A stretch of 63,536 nucleotides of DNA, the filler included, from Octopus bimaculoides (lineage: Eukaryota): NCBI RefSeq assembly GCF_001194135.2. It is 5 parts of 5 records of this genome, joined end to end, with 100 filler letters (N's around TTAATTAATTAA, not from the genome) between each part and the next. Parts side by side here need not be neighbours in the genome. Positions count along the whole stretch, not along the records: positions 1 to 22,193 come from NC_068981.1; positions 22,294 to 37,784 come from NC_068986.1; 3 more parts are not named here. One strand, 5' to 3'. Below are positions 11,692 to 25,339 of this stretch, in pieces. How positions within the stretch are numbered: position 1 is the stretch's first letter; the number at the start of each line of letters is the position of its first letter. Under the pieces are notes generated by a model. It saw nothing but the letters and a program-made list of their open reading frames with translations, searched no databases and had not been told where the DNA came from. Position numbers and translations under genes: made by a program.

Positions 11692-13169
11692 GTAATTTGA
11701 TGATGCGCGAGTAATTGTTAATGGTGTTAGGTTAGTTAAGACTAATGGCTGCGAATTTCATGTCTAGTAGTGGTCGCTCACCATTCAGCTTGAAATTTGC
11801 ATTACGCCTATATTTCTATTGTCTTTTTTCTCTTCTTTATTTTGCCTCTTAGTATTTTTAGGCTTCAATTTAGCTATAATCAATATATGTTTACACCAGT
11901 AGACAGTGAAAGCTCAAATTTTAAAGCATTCATTGACAGTAAAATTCAAATAGAATCCTCTCAACTGATCAAAATGACTGTTCTCTGTTCGAAATGTAAT
12001 AAGTAAATCATTCTTAGTGAGACATTGAAATTCACGTCGCTCGGGTAACAGACAGAATACGTTTACTCTGTTTATTTTTTATAAAGATATATATAATTGT
12101 CTGTTATTTTTTAAACGAAATATTTTCCACCATACTTGTATGATGTCTATCTTGTACAGTTTAACATTTACATATAAGCTGCATTAACAGGTGGATATCG
12201 GAGCTAAAAGAAAAAAAAATAGCATATATGTTAATTTGAAGAGAGAAAAATACTGAAATATATAGAGTTAATACGTCAGACATAAATGTAATCTACACTG
12301 TATGTTCAGATATATACAAAGAAAACCGAAATAATCATATAAAAAAATCGAATTTTGTCTTTACTTTGTGGTGTTGTTTGTTTTTCTTCAAAACGACTGA
12401 GCTGATCGAATAAGCGTTTATAAAATATCAAGATCGATTGCAACTACTTCAAAAATATCGCCCATAGAAGTGAGTGTTCCAAATACTTTAAGACAATACC
12501 TATTGAAAACGATTTTGGAAGTTTGCAGGCATCTGCTGTTGTTTTGTTATTAAAGCTATACAAATATTTTCTGAAATTATTTTAATATTCATTGTCAAAT
12601 TTGTTTAATGAATTTTTATTTTAATTACATAGATGGTATAAACATTATTTAATAATACTTAACAATAATTGAAACTGCATATCATATAAAAATTAAATGC
12701 TTGAAATTGTGTTAAAAGCTGTTGATATCGTATAAAATATGAAGACTTTACAGAAGATATTTTAATATCTTAATCGGTATGGCGTCTAATATTTCCTTCC
12801 TGTAAAGTTCTACATATGAAATATATGATACATAGTATTTAATATTAGGAGCGACATATTAAGCGACTAAAATCACATTAAAGAGGCTTTTAATATTTTC
12901 TTTGTAGATTTAATGGTAGTATAGCTTATCTTTTTAATCCAAAGGTGCGAAACACGCACCTTCAGTTGTTAATCCTTTGAATATGACAAAGAGAAATGCT
13001 TCCCACTCCAAAAAACGATCACATTAAAACATACGCACAAACGTATATATGTACATATGTGTGTTCATGTAAGCATACATAACCATCTACATATACATCT
13101 CTGTATGTGCGTCCATGGCGCGCGTGCGTCCGCGGAGCCCGCGCGCATGAGTGTGTGTGTGTGTGTGTA

Positions 13170-13440
13170 AGGTGCGTGGCCAAGTGGTTAGCGTGTTGCA
13201 CGCAGGTTCGAAAAATCGTAGTTTCGATTTCGAGACTGACGGTGCGTTTTGTTCTTGACTAAAACACTCCATTTTGCGTTGTTGCAGTCCACTCAGCTGC
13301 AGGCGGGTAATCCTGCGACAAGCTGGTGTTTCGTTCGGAGCGGCGTGGGGCGGATGCTGGACTGCCCGTCTAACTACCTGGCTGGCATCATTTGAAAGTT
13401 ATAACAATTGGAGAAAGCACATTATAACCAGCATCTATAA
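13170..13440 (+). mobile_element. SINE family C, diverged copy
   Basis: A-box TGGCCAAGTGG and B-box GTTTCGATTTC. Shares the core cagtccactcagctg. Confidence 0.75.
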
Positions 13441-13527
13441 GAACATCTAATTTTCCGGTTGATCCCGTGGTATGTATGTATGTATGTATGTATGTATGTA
13501 TGCATGTATGCATGTATATAAGTATTC

Positions 13528-13562
<35 letters not shown>

Positions 13563-13719
13563 NNNNNNNNNNNNNNNNNNNNNNNNNNNNNNNNNNNNNN
13601 NNNNNNNNNNNNNNNNNNNNNNNNNNNNNNNNNNNNNNNNNNNTAATATATATATATATATATATATATTGTTTTATTATTTTATTTTTTATGTGTTTCC
13701 TTCCGTGGTTCCTCTCCTC

Positions 13720-13990
13720 CCACTGACGCGATCCAATCAAAATTATCGATGACCCATCTGGTGTACGAGGGAATTTGACACTACTGCCCTCAACTGTGCC
13801 TCATGTAGAGCCATTGGTTCGTCTAGTATTGAGGATAGGAGAGTGTCCAGTTTCTTTTTGAAGACTTCTACATCTATACCGTGTAAGTTTCTCAATTGGC
13901 AGAGCATTGAAGAGCTGTGACCCTCTGAATCCTAGTCTATTGCTGTACCTGATTCTTATATTAACTGAACTGGACTCTCCCGTCGAAGAG
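13720..13990 (-). mobile_element. CR1-type LINE 3' fragment
   Basis: Minus translation LGFRGSQLFNALP, similar to the CR1 pieces at 24880 and 44570. Confidence 0.65.
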
Positions 13991-14087
13991 GTTTATAATC
14001 TTAGGAATATTATTTCTCTTGTCAATTAATAACAAACGCATCTGAAACAGCTACAGTAAACCATAACCCATTTGTGTGCTTCTTTTC

Positions 14088-14124
<37 letters not shown>

Positions 14125-14432
14125 ATACATATANNNNNNNNNNNNNNNNNNNNNNNNNNNNNNNNNNNNNNNNNNNNNNNNNNNNNNNNNNNNNNNNNNN
14201 NNNNNNNNNNNNNNNNNNNNNNNNNNNNNNNNNNNNNNNNNNNNNNNNNNNNNNNNNNNNNNNNNNNNNNNNNNNNNNNNNNNNNNNNNNNNNNNNNNNN
14301 NNNNNNNNNNNNNNNNNNNNNNNNNNNNNNNNNNNNNNNNNNNNNNNNNNNNNNNNNNNNNNNNNNNNNNNNNNNNNNNNNNNNNNNNNNNNNNNNNNNN
14401 NNNNNNNNNNNNNNNNNNNNNNNNNNNNNNNN

Positions 14433-14484
<52 letters not shown>

Positions 14485-16574
14485 AGCAATTAGCAATGTT
14501 TTGTCTATAGAAACGAACTTAATACGATATATATAACGAGGTATTATATATGTGTTTCGCATTCACAATTTATTTGAACAGTCTGATATTAAAAAGGAAA
14601 TGCAATATTTTCGGTATAGATTTTGTGAATTTAGTTCAGTAAAGATTTTAAAGCAGCTTTCGACAGCAACTATCCAGCAGCGCAGGTCAGAATATTATTT
14701 TGTATTTGTTCGTTGCAACGGCAAAAACTGAATGCGTCGAACAGAATACTCTTTGCAGTATTCTGTAATGTCCTTTTACGCTTTGACTTCAAATTCCACC
14801 AATATCTTCTTTGCTTTTCACTACTGTGTAAAGTACCAATCACATACTCGACTCAATATAATAGACTGTTATATCCTCAGAATAAGAAAAACAAAACCAA
14901 AATGAAAAGTATTGGGCTCCCATCAATGGATACATCTGTTCACAGAAGCATTAAGCAGTTGACTTTATTCAATCACATTTGTGCATATAGAAATAAGGTA
15001 ATGTACGATGCGCTGAAAAGTGCATCCAACATTGCCTTATATAGAAGACATAAAAGTGCAGTGTTACGGCTTTTACATGACGATATTAGTAGTGTACGTA
15101 GTAAGAAAGGAGAAAGAGGGAGAAAGTGGGAAGAAGAAAGAGGGAGCAGGTGAGGTAGCAAGAGAGGTGTTTCTTCCTTTACAATAATACGCTTTGAGTT
15201 GGGAATAGGAGTGTGTGAATATTTGATTAATTAGGTTTCGGTGAAACGCGCATATAGTCCAAATTCTTTCTATCCCCCCCTCTCTCTCTTTCTCCCATTT
15301 CTCTCTTTCTCCCCACTCTCTCACACTCTCTCACACACACACACACATATATATATAGAGAGAGCGCAAACGTTGTGAATAGAAACGGTTCTAAACGTGC
15401 CCGCTAGAGGATGGGTTTTTTTTTTCTTTCATATTTCCGCTCATTCCACATCAGTTTTTTTGTAGGAAGAGAAATGATAAAGTAGATTAACGGTGTAGAC
15501 TGAAGGATATCAAAGGAAAATATGTGTACACGCAACACCTGCATGCCTATTTCAGACAGTCTATCAAGATATTTATTCATACAAATATTTCTTCTGTTTC
15601 ACGTGTCTAATATATATCCCTTAGCAATCATATGAACAAATGTATTTATGTAGATTATTATATTGATATTATGGTTTGCAACCGGATACCAAATATCTGC
15701 TTTATGTATGCATCTATGTATGTGTATACGCATGTATGTAGGTATGTATGATATATATGTGTGTGGGCTTGTGTGTGTATGTGTGTGTCTATGATCCGCC
15801 GTGATCTTCAGTTGAAAACAAATCACACTCTACTATGAATGAAAGGGTCTATGTTGTAAAGACGACAGTACTAATAAACGATAACCATGACTCAGGGTTA
15901 CCTATAAAATCAATAACACTTCTCACTCATCAGATGGACATGATATAGAACTTTACTGCACACTGCAACAAAGGAAAAAAAAATATAATTTAGAAAAATG
16001 GCGGTGACGTTGTGCAGCAAAGCTTTACGAGAAAAGGAAAAACGATCTTTTATAGTAAAATAGTACCATTATTTAGAGTTAATAATGCGGGATTGATAAT
16101 CATTAGGTTCTATTTATTGGAGGCCCTACATAAGGGTTTTCTGTCGACTATGTGTGATTTGTACACTGACACTGCATAGTTTGTGTTTAGGGATGCCAGC
16201 TATGACAACCTATATAAACTAAAGTATGACTTTATGCAGCTTTTCAAGTCCTCTGAGATTAGTATGATAATAGAGATCAATCTAACCACAATCAGATATG
16301 ACATTAAATATAGGTACTAGTTTATAGCAAGTTTACTACAAGTCCAAAGAGAAGTTCCTTTGCATCAAGAACGGATCTAACCACACATACATGGTGTTTA
16401 AAAACAAGGTTAAGATTGGGAGCAGAAAGATCTCAGGTCTACCCTTTACTAAAGAGATCTTCAACTGAGAGGCTCCCAAGCGGTAAGCAGATATAAGATC
16501 CCATACATGTTCAACTCGAAATGGACAAAAATTTAACCGAACCCGATATAGTTCACACTCACTTAGTATTAATT

Positions 16575-16795
16575 AAAGGCCGTGAGCGACCAGAATCGTT
16601 ACCGTGCCGGGCAAAATGCTAAGCTTCATTTCAGCTGTCTTTTCATTCTGAGTTCAAAATTCAGCCGGGGTCGACTTTGATTTTTATCCTCTCGGGGTCG
16701 ATAAAAGAAGTACCAATGGAATACTGGGATCGATCTAATCGACTTACCCCTTCCCACTAATGTGTTGGCCTTGTGACAAAATCTGAAACCAATAT
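16575..16795 (+). mobile_element. SINE family A
   Basis: Aligns to 4110-4310. Confidence 0.75.
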
Positions 16796-17059
16796 TAAGT
16801 CCCTTATACGTAAGGCCTTCTTATATTTGTTGATAAACAATTTCATCCTGCTCACAGGTTTCGAAAACATTTTAATAGTAAAACGCGTAAGGCCATTTCA
16901 GTTGCATACACAGCATGGGGAGTATTTTTTTACGCAACTCCATCCCCAGCACTTGGGTTGGTGGTTCTTACAGAGAGACCAATACTTAGCTACTTCATAG
17001 TATTTGTGATATAGAAGCAATTCTTTATGGGGCTGAGGCTAAACTCTGAGGGTATTACG

Positions 17060-17300
17060 ATGCATCCAGTAGAAAGCGATATACTGGAATGAGTGAGAGC
17101 CCCTTCAAGACGCGCCTACACAGCTAGCAACTTCGAAAAGTGGAACACCAGTACACAGCCCAAAGACATATGGCAGCTGAAGACTATTTATGTTGGTGAA
17201 ACGCACGCTTTCGTCCAACTGTAGCAGGAACGTAGATTGTGTTTGACAGAGGCGAGACAGATACTTAAGAGCTGCTTGGCCCCCAAAATATATCAAAATG
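17060..17300 (+). mobile_element. Degenerate Penelope-like GIY-YIG endonuclease fragment
   Basis: Frameshifted KRYTGMSESPFKTRLHS...IWQLK...LCLTE, paralleling the 45549-45881 ORF. Confidence 0.65.
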
Positions 17301-19594
17301 CCAAGTGAGAAATTTCATTCCTTGCATATAACAAGTACATTTTAAAATACTAGTCCAAGCCGTCTTGACACGCTTGCTTACACACTCTCACCATTACATA
17401 CAGCAGTTAATGCCCCGTTCAGCTATTGATATTTACATACAGTTATGCTTCTTTTCTGTATTTCTTTCTTTCCTACACCTCTCCCTATATCCCTGAGTAA
17501 TTCCTCTTTCTTTCTCTGTCTGTCTCTTTCTGTCCATACACTTATGATACTCAGTCCCTTCTGATATGATTTTCTAAGTTGACCTACACGTGGTAAGGGA
17601 CTTGTAATTCTTTATTTCTCGAAAATGAGTTATCAACACAGAACTACAAACAAAAAAGAATGATATTGCTTTCTTTTAGATATAAGATATCTTTTAGATA
17701 TTAGATATACGATATAAGTTTCTTTTTTTTTCTAGAAAGTTTTTCCAAGCATCCATGTTATTTTTGAATTAGATCTACGACCTTCCCGTCCAATGCACCA
17801 TACGCATCGTTTGCGTGACGATGGTATATACAAACGATGAGCATGACTCATCAGATACGAAAACTATGGATCTAAAAAAAAAAATTACATATATGTAACT
17901 AATACTAAACGAAATGATTGTTTTAAAATTTAGAATAAATTAGAATAATCTCTACGATTTCATTTTTCATATATGTTCATATAAATGGTGATGTTTAATT
18001 TGCTTTTATTGTGTATGAAAATTTTGTTGTGTTACATATTAGGAAATTGAGAAACTCAATGTCCCCTACATCGTCAGAAGATCTATTAGAAATATCAGTG
18101 AAATTTATCTGAGACCTCACCCTAAGACAGCTGACAATATAATCCAATATTATGTATAGAAAGAAAAAGTGCTTGACGGTGACGGTCGGTATGGGTTTGA
18201 TAATTGAGCTGTGTGATCAGTGATAAACTGGGGTTAAACAACTATGGATTCTGTAATTCTCTATTCTTTTCTTTTCTTACTGAATATTTTAAAATTATAT
18301 TTTCGTTTTGCCGCATCCTAAAATAAGACTTTAAAACTAATGCAAAATTATATTTTCAATGTTGTAGGCTTCGATAATGATGTATGAATCTTTTAAGATT
18401 TCTGTTACAATGTTGTTTTTATTTTTATAAAATGTAAATGTGGAGAAACAGTGTATTTTCCAAGAAGAATGGGAGTGTATTTATAACATGAAGTGTTATG
18501 TGAAATATCGAAACGAAAATCGACTCTTGTGTGCTTTCATTTACGTAAGGAAAGCATTTACGCAAATTATAAGTATTTAAGCAAACAGCATTAAAAAGTA
18601 AATGAAAACGTAGAAAAGACTCTAAAAAGCATTAATTTAAAGTCGTAATGTGTATAAGAGAAATACTTATGAGGTCGCTTTAAAAGGTTTACAACGAGAA
18701 AAATAGTTAGGAAACTTGGAAGTATTTAATTACAACATAAATTAAAAGATGTATTAATGTTAATGATGTAGCAAAAGCAGAAGTAATTTTGAAAAATATG
18801 TGATTTCCTAAGCGTCGCTTCATTTCATTATTCCAAATGATATTCAAAAATATGCGAGTGAATGAGATTATGTTGGTTGGAATACCTTCCTTAAAATTTG
18901 TCTTTTTCTTTTTATGAGATTCCATAAATGTTCAGTGTTCCGTGTATGGATCTCGTCACGTAGATCGACGAAATTCTTACTATGTGTAACAACCGAATAT
19001 TCATAAACACCACCGCTTCGACAATCGACATGATGATGAGATTCGCACAGAGAATATTTAAAGCTTACGGAATCGCGTGAAAAAAAAAAAAGGAATTTTA
19101 AAGAAGTGGTGCTACGGGAGATATTATGCTTTAGTAATACAATGAAATTACATCTAGTGCTAATCTCTATTGACTTTCATTACGTTTCATAATTAATGTT
19201 GTGCTTAATTAATATATCTGGTTTTCGTTTCGGTATTTCACGTAATCCTTGGTGTTTTGATTTATTTCCTATCTTCTCGAAAATTCGTCATACATCCTCA
19301 CGTCTATGATAAAGTCATATTCTTTACTATTATTTAAACTGCGCATGATCATTGAAATTTTTTTCTTTTCGTGTTTATGTATAAACTACTGCAATCCTGC
19401 AATACTGATAGAAAAGGCCTTGGAAGATGCTCAGGAATACATTCCATTTATTTCTGTTAACTATCATAAGTGTTTTCTGCAGCAATTATGGACTAGATAC
19501 GGTACGTCTAAAAAAGTAATGAATTTCTTAGCGAAGCACACACACTCACATAGATATATGATTTATTATATATGTCTCTTTTACTCTTTTACTT

Positions 19595-19945
19595 GTTTCA
19601 GTTATTTGACTGTGGCCATGCTGGAGCACCACCTTTAGTCGAGCAAATCGACCCCAGGACTTATTTTTTTCGTAAGCCTAGTACTTATTTTATCGGTCTC
19701 TTTGCCGAACCGCTAGCTTACGGGGACGTAAACACACCAGCATCGGTTGTCAAGTGATGTTGGAGAGACAAACACACACACACACACACACACGCACCCA
19801 CACACACACACGTATATATATATATACTACGGGCTTCTTTCAGTTTCCGTCTACCAAATCGACTCANNNNNNNNNNACTGAACCCGGAACCATGTGGTTG
19901 GTAAGTAAGCTACTTACCACACAGCCACTCCTACGCCTATATGTA
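19595..19945 (-). mobile_element. SINE family B
   Basis: Reverse complement of 8410-8830, interrupted by a 10-N gap. Confidence 0.8.
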
Positions 19946-19971
19946 TGTATGTATGTATGTATATATGTATG

Positions 19972-20005
<34 letters not shown>

Positions 20006-21288
20006 TGTATGGGTATGTGTGTATGTATATATACAAGTCTGGTATACGCATTGAGGTAATATAAGTTAAAATGACGTTCGTTCTTCATATCTCTGAAGAT
20101 AACGAGGTTATCAGCTATGTACTTTGTGGGATCTGATGTGGTTTATTGGGCCGGCCAATATCGGCATAAAATCCGCGGCTACGTTGGGGCGAGGTATTAT
20201 CACGCCCGGGACTCTGAAAAGGATTCTTACTTTCTGTAGGATGGTTAATGAGGTATATATACTCTGCGAAAGCATCTCTTATGAAATTGCGGTGATAAAA
20301 ATACGTTAAATATCGGAGGGAGACGATAAGTCATCCGAGAACACCAGACATATTTCGGTCTTTTTGAGCCTAATTAAATTGGGCGTACTCACTGCTAGCC
20401 CTTTGCTCGGCCAAAATTTCGTTTCTTCCCCGACTGAACCATCGACTGACATTGCGAATAGCAGCATAACTGAAAAAAAAAAAAAAACCCCGGGATACGC
20501 AACTGAAGCAGCTACTTGATATTTGCGATTTCATTGCTTCGTGTTTTCAGCAGTGCCTGGACCAGAACGGTCATCAATTTGACATCAGGGATTCATAAAA
20601 AAAATATTTCAGTTTTCTCAGTAGATTCCATTGAATTTCGAAAACGACATGTATTCTATANNNNNNNNNNNNNNNNNNNNNNNNNNNNNNNNNNNNNNNN
20701 NNNNNNNNNNNNNNNNNNNNNNNNNNNNNNNNNNNNNNNNNNNNNNNNNNNNNNNNNNNNNNNNNNNNNNNNNNNNNNNNNNNNNNNNNNNNNNNNNNNN
20801 NNNNNNNNNNNNNNNNNNNNNNNNNNNNNNNNNNNNNNNNNNNNNNNNNNNNNNNNNNNNNNNNNNNNNNNNNNNNNNNNNNNNNNNNNNNNNNNNNNNN
20901 NNNNNNNNNNNNNNNNNNNNNNNNNNNNNNNNNNNNNNNNNNNNNNNNNNNNNNNNNNNNNNNNNNNNNNNNNNNNNNNNNNNNNNNNNNNNNNNNNNNN
21001 NNNNNNNNNNNNNNNNNNNNNNNNNNNNNNNNNNNNNNNNNNNNNNNNNNNNNNNNNNNNNNNNNNNNNNNNNNNNNNNNNNNNNNNNNNNNNNNNNNNN
21101 NNNNNNNNNNNNNNNNNNNNNNNNNNNNNNNNNNNNNNNNNNNNNNNNNNNNNNNNNNNNNNNNNNNNNNNNNNNNNNNNNNNNNNNNNNNNNNNNNNNN
21201 NNNNNNNNNNNNNNNNNNNNNNNNNNNNNNNNNNNNNNNNNNNNNNNNNNNNNNNNNNNNNNNNNNNNNNNNNNNNNNNNNNNNNNNN

Positions 21289-21335
<47 letters not shown>

Positions 21336-22293
21336 AAGGGAGAGGGGAAAGGGAGAGGCAGAAGGAGAGAGAGAGAAGGGGATAAGTTGGTTGCTGAGGT
21401 GCTGCTTATTTCTCTGTAAAGAATTCGGTTTATCAAAAATGTTTATTCTCCATATGCAAATATGCTGTTTTATAAGCAAACATTTTGCGTTCGATGAGAT
21501 GGTAGGTTTCTCTCTCTTTCTTTTCTATCTATCTCTATTAAACACACACATACACACATACACACATACACAAACACACGCACAAAAATATAAATATACG
21601 CATGGCTCGATTACTCAAGTATAAAAGACAAGGCTGCTTGAAATAATCAGTTGAACGAAATGTTTCTCAATAAATTACGATAAACGACTGAAACATATTT
21701 CTCAATGTATGTCGTAGAGTAAACAATATTCAATTGAATAGAATTTCGAGGAGGTCTGCATAACAACAAGATTCTATATATTCAAGTCATGGCTTGAACA
21801 AAAACAGGAATAACTTCTACAGCATAAATATTCTTCGCAAAGTCTGGTACACAATAATATCGAACAATGGTTTTCTATTCATGCGTTGGACTCACACTAT
21901 GGATATATCTGAAAAGATTGCAGAGAGCATAACATAGCTGTAGGAATTTAAATACAACTTGTCTGTTTCTTTTGCGCATACTATTCATAATTTCATGGCA
22001 CTTATATGCAGTGTATAAATAATGGATTTATAGATGGATTAAAATTAGATGAACACATATTTACAGACACACACACACAAATTTACATAAATATTTTGCT
22101 CACACATGTTCAGTTACATATGTATGTATGTATGTATAGATGGATGGATGCATGCATGCATGTATGTATTTCTTTATATATTTATATATATATNNNNNNN
22201 NNNNNNNNNNNNNNNNNNNNNNNNNNNNNNNNNNNNNTTAATTAATTAANNNNNNNNNNNNNNNNNNNNNNNNNNNNNNNNNNNNNNNNNNNN

Positions 22294-22540
22294 TGTGCGG
22301 GTGGCACATAAAAGACACCATTTCGAGCGTGGCCGTTTTCGTGCGGGTGACACGTAAAAGCACCCACTACACTCTCTGAGTGGTTGGCGTTAGGAAGGGC
22401 ATCCAGCTGTAGAAACTCTGCCAAATCAGACTGGAGCCTGGTGTTGCCATCCGGTTTCACCAGTCCTCAGTCAAATCGTCCAACCCATGCTAGCATGGAA
22501 AGCGGACGTTAAACGATGATGATGATGATGATGATGATGA
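22294..22540 (+). mobile_element. Young RTE LINE 3'UTR with a (GAT)n tail
   Basis: It starts with tgtgcgggtggcacat, which follows the RTE stop codon at 24597-24612 (minus). It is near-identical to 63328-63536. Confidence 0.85.
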
Positions 22541-22559
22541 TTAGCTCTAATGTTTGGCC

Positions 22560-23030
22560 ACAACCCAAGCCACATCAATTTCTGGTGGAATTCCCTCCAC
22601 CTTTATCTTTGAAGTCCTTCTTCTCATATAAGTTGGTGGAAGGACCGCCTTATTGTTTTTACCGTGTTTTCTCTTGCTTTTTCTTCTGTTCTTTTGTAGA
22701 CTATGATAGTTCCATACTTATTCCCTCTGGCCAGACTGAACATAATGCCTTTTCTAAAATTCCTTCTTCCATGTGTTCAATTTTTCTTTTCTGTACTGAA
22801 TATACTTTGTATACCACAGTCTTTCTATTAATTTCTTCTATTTTCTTCTGGGGTGGTGACACCCTAACGTCACCACCCACTTTGGATGCCCCTTTTTCAT
22901 CTCTTTTGATATTTGCCAGGTTCACCTCTTTTTCTTTACTCCTGCTGCTTCAGCGAAGCTCATCTTTTTCAGACATTCATCCATCTTTTTCATTGCGATA
23001 ACCATTTCCTCCACAGAAGAGGATAATTCG
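22560..23030 (-). mobile_element. Probable LINE ORF1 (gag/RRM-like) remnant
   Basis: Frameshifted translation includes SFAEAAG and RRRTSKIKVEGIPPEIDVAW. The family assignment is inference. Confidence 0.45.
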
Positions 23031-23139
23031 GAACCACTAAGGATCGGATAAAACTAACTTTTAGCCATAGCTATCTCTTGATTTTATCGAGAGAAAGCAC
23101 AACTTGAAATCGCTGCTAAAGCAGCACAACAATAATTCA

Positions 23140-23314
23140 AGTAACAGCAACTTCAACTAAACTTTAACTCACCATACGACAAACTTGTACTAAGAATGAA
23201 TACAAGGTAAAATTACTACCTGCTTTTATAGCAAGTTGATGCAAGTAGTTTATCCCATCCCCCTCCAGCTTTTAGTTCATGCAATTGGAAAAAACTGTAT
23301 TATTTATGGGATGT

Positions 23315-23322
<8 letters not shown>
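23140..23322 (-). mobile_element. Mariner left-end fragment with terminal inverted repeat
   Basis: Homologous to 57645-57740. It ends aaaactgtattatttatgggatgtccctata, the reverse complement of the TIR at 56892 and 42169. Confidence 0.7.
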
Positions 23323-23380
<58 letters not shown>

Positions 23381-24118
23381 GGACTTACATTCTATTGTAC
23401 CTGCATGCTCCACCATGACTGCAACCACAGGTCCCCTGCCTCAACCTTCCGCAAACGACCTTCTACCAATGCTCATGGGCCTGGGAAAAAGAATTTGACC
23501 AAAACACACACCAATGTAACCATGTACACACGCACACCCTTAAAAGGTGGAAACCCCACAAAATATGCTGTCTCCCACCACCACCAACACATGCTCCTTC
23601 ATAAAAATTGTACCCCCATATATACACAAGCTTCACACACATATAACACATCGCACGCTAACATAAACCCCCCTCATCAACTTTATCCTTTGAAGAAAGA
23701 AAACAGACCAACAAACACAGCTATATGTACCTATACCCTTGGAAAAATTATACATGACACTGCTACACATACCATACATCCCATATCACACTCCACCACA
23801 GGAGCACCAGATTAATAATACACACTTCAAGATAACTCTTGCTGGTCTCAGAGCATACCCAACCAAGGGGCATAACCCCTAACCTAATCTTTGCTTCAGC
23901 ACCTTTTTCATAGAAGCCACTTACAGGTTGCGGTAATCTATCTCTGACAACAGAGAGCAGTCGCCATATTCCTTTCCATATTGGATAACTCTGATGAGCG
24001 TAAAGTTATCCAATCAGATTGTTACCTGACACTCCATTGTATTCTTTACGCGAAATCGATTGGTAAGATCAACCATGATGGATATTTAATACCATACAAT
24101 TCGAATAACGTGTATATG

Positions 24119-24193
<75 letters not shown>

Positions 24194-24591
24194 NNNNNNN
24201 NNNNNNNNNNNNNNNNNNNNNNNNNNNNNNNNNNNNNNNNNNNNNNNNNNNNNNNNNNNNNNNNNNNNNNNNNNNNNNNNNNNNNNNNNNNNNNNNNNNN
24301 NNNNNNNNNNNNNNNNNNNNNNNNNNNNNNNNNNNNNNNNNNNNNNNNNNNNNNNNNNNNNNNNNNNNNNNNNNNNNNNNNNNNNNNNNNNNNNNNNNNN
24401 NNNNNNNNNNNNNNNNNNNNNNNNNNNNNNNNNNNNNNNNNNNNNNNNNNNNNNNNNNNNNNNNNNNNNNNNNNNNNNNNNNNNNNNNNNNNNNNNNNNN
24501 NNNNNNNNNNNNNNNNNNNNNNNNNNNNNNNNNNNNNNNNNNNNNNNNNNNNNNNNNNNNNNNNNNNNNNNNNNNNNNNNNNNNNNNNNNN

Positions 24592-24870
24592 ATCCCATGT
24601 GCCACCCGCACAAGAGCCAGTCCAGGGGCACTGGCAACGAACTCACTTGGCTTGCCGGGTCTTCTCAAGCACAGCACATTTCCAAAGGTCTCGGTCAGTA
24701 GTCATCGCCTCGGTGAAGCCCAATGTTCGAAGGTCTTGCCTCACCACCTCAGCCCAGGTCTTCCTGGGCCTACTTCTTCCACAGTTTCCCTCAACTGTTA
24801 GGGTGTGGCACTTTTTCAAGCAGCTATCCTCATCCATTCTCACCACATGTCCATACCAGCGCAATCGTAG
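24592..24870 (-). mobile_element. RTE LINE ORF2 C-terminus and start of the 3'UTR
   Basis: RWYGHVVRMDEDSCLKKC...RPRKTW...EKTRQAK*. Confidence 0.85.
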
Positions 24871-24879
24871 CTACACATG

Positions 24880-25138
24880 ATGTAGCTACCCTCATTTGCT
24901 CCTCTTGCTGTGAAGTAGGTTCGTCTGGAACTCTCAACAGGAAGAGGTCCAGCCTTGATTTAAAAATGCCTCCTCAGGCTTTTTGGGAGAATATTAAAAA
25001 GTTGTGGGCCCCTGAAACCCTGGTATCTTTGGCACTGTGCAGTGTTGACCTGTTTTGGCTTTAGTGTAGCTTTCAATACCAAAATTTGGCCCAATTCTTT
25101 CCAGATGTATATTACTGCATACCTCTCTTGCCTTTGGG
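24880..25138 (-). mobile_element. CR1-type LINE fragment
   Basis: ERYAVIYIWK...GFRGPQLFNILPKSL...LDLFLLRVPDEP. Confidence 0.7.
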
Positions 25139-25139
25139 A

Positions 25140-25280
25140 ACGGGGGACCCTGTTGAAGGCTTTCCCCATGTCAATGAAAGCCAGGTACAGGGTTTATCTT
25201 TGGTTAGGTATTTCTCCTGCAGCTGTCTTACCGGAAATATAGCATCAGTGGTGCTTTTCCCTGGCACACACCCAAACTGT
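25140..25280 (-). mobile_element. RTE reverse-transcriptase N-terminal motifs
   Basis: QFGCVPGKSTTDAIF.VRQLQEKY...AFIDMGKAFNRVPRS, with a frameshift. Confidence 0.8.
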
Positions 25281-25339
25281 GTCTAATGAAGGAAAGGTAT
25301 GCATAAGTGGGCTGGATACACCCCTGGCATAGGCCATGG

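Noticed and set aside
19306-19638. 110-aa ORF as a gene
   Set aside because: It runs into a SINE and has no splice support. At most it is a faint RT-like remnant (LIEK...F..Y.K).
22194-22293. TTAATTAATTAA in the middle of N runs (also at 37785-37884, 53819-53918 and 60552-60651)
   Set aside because: Each is 44 N + 12 bp + 44 N = 100 bp, with stops in all six frames. It is an artificial scaffold spacer.
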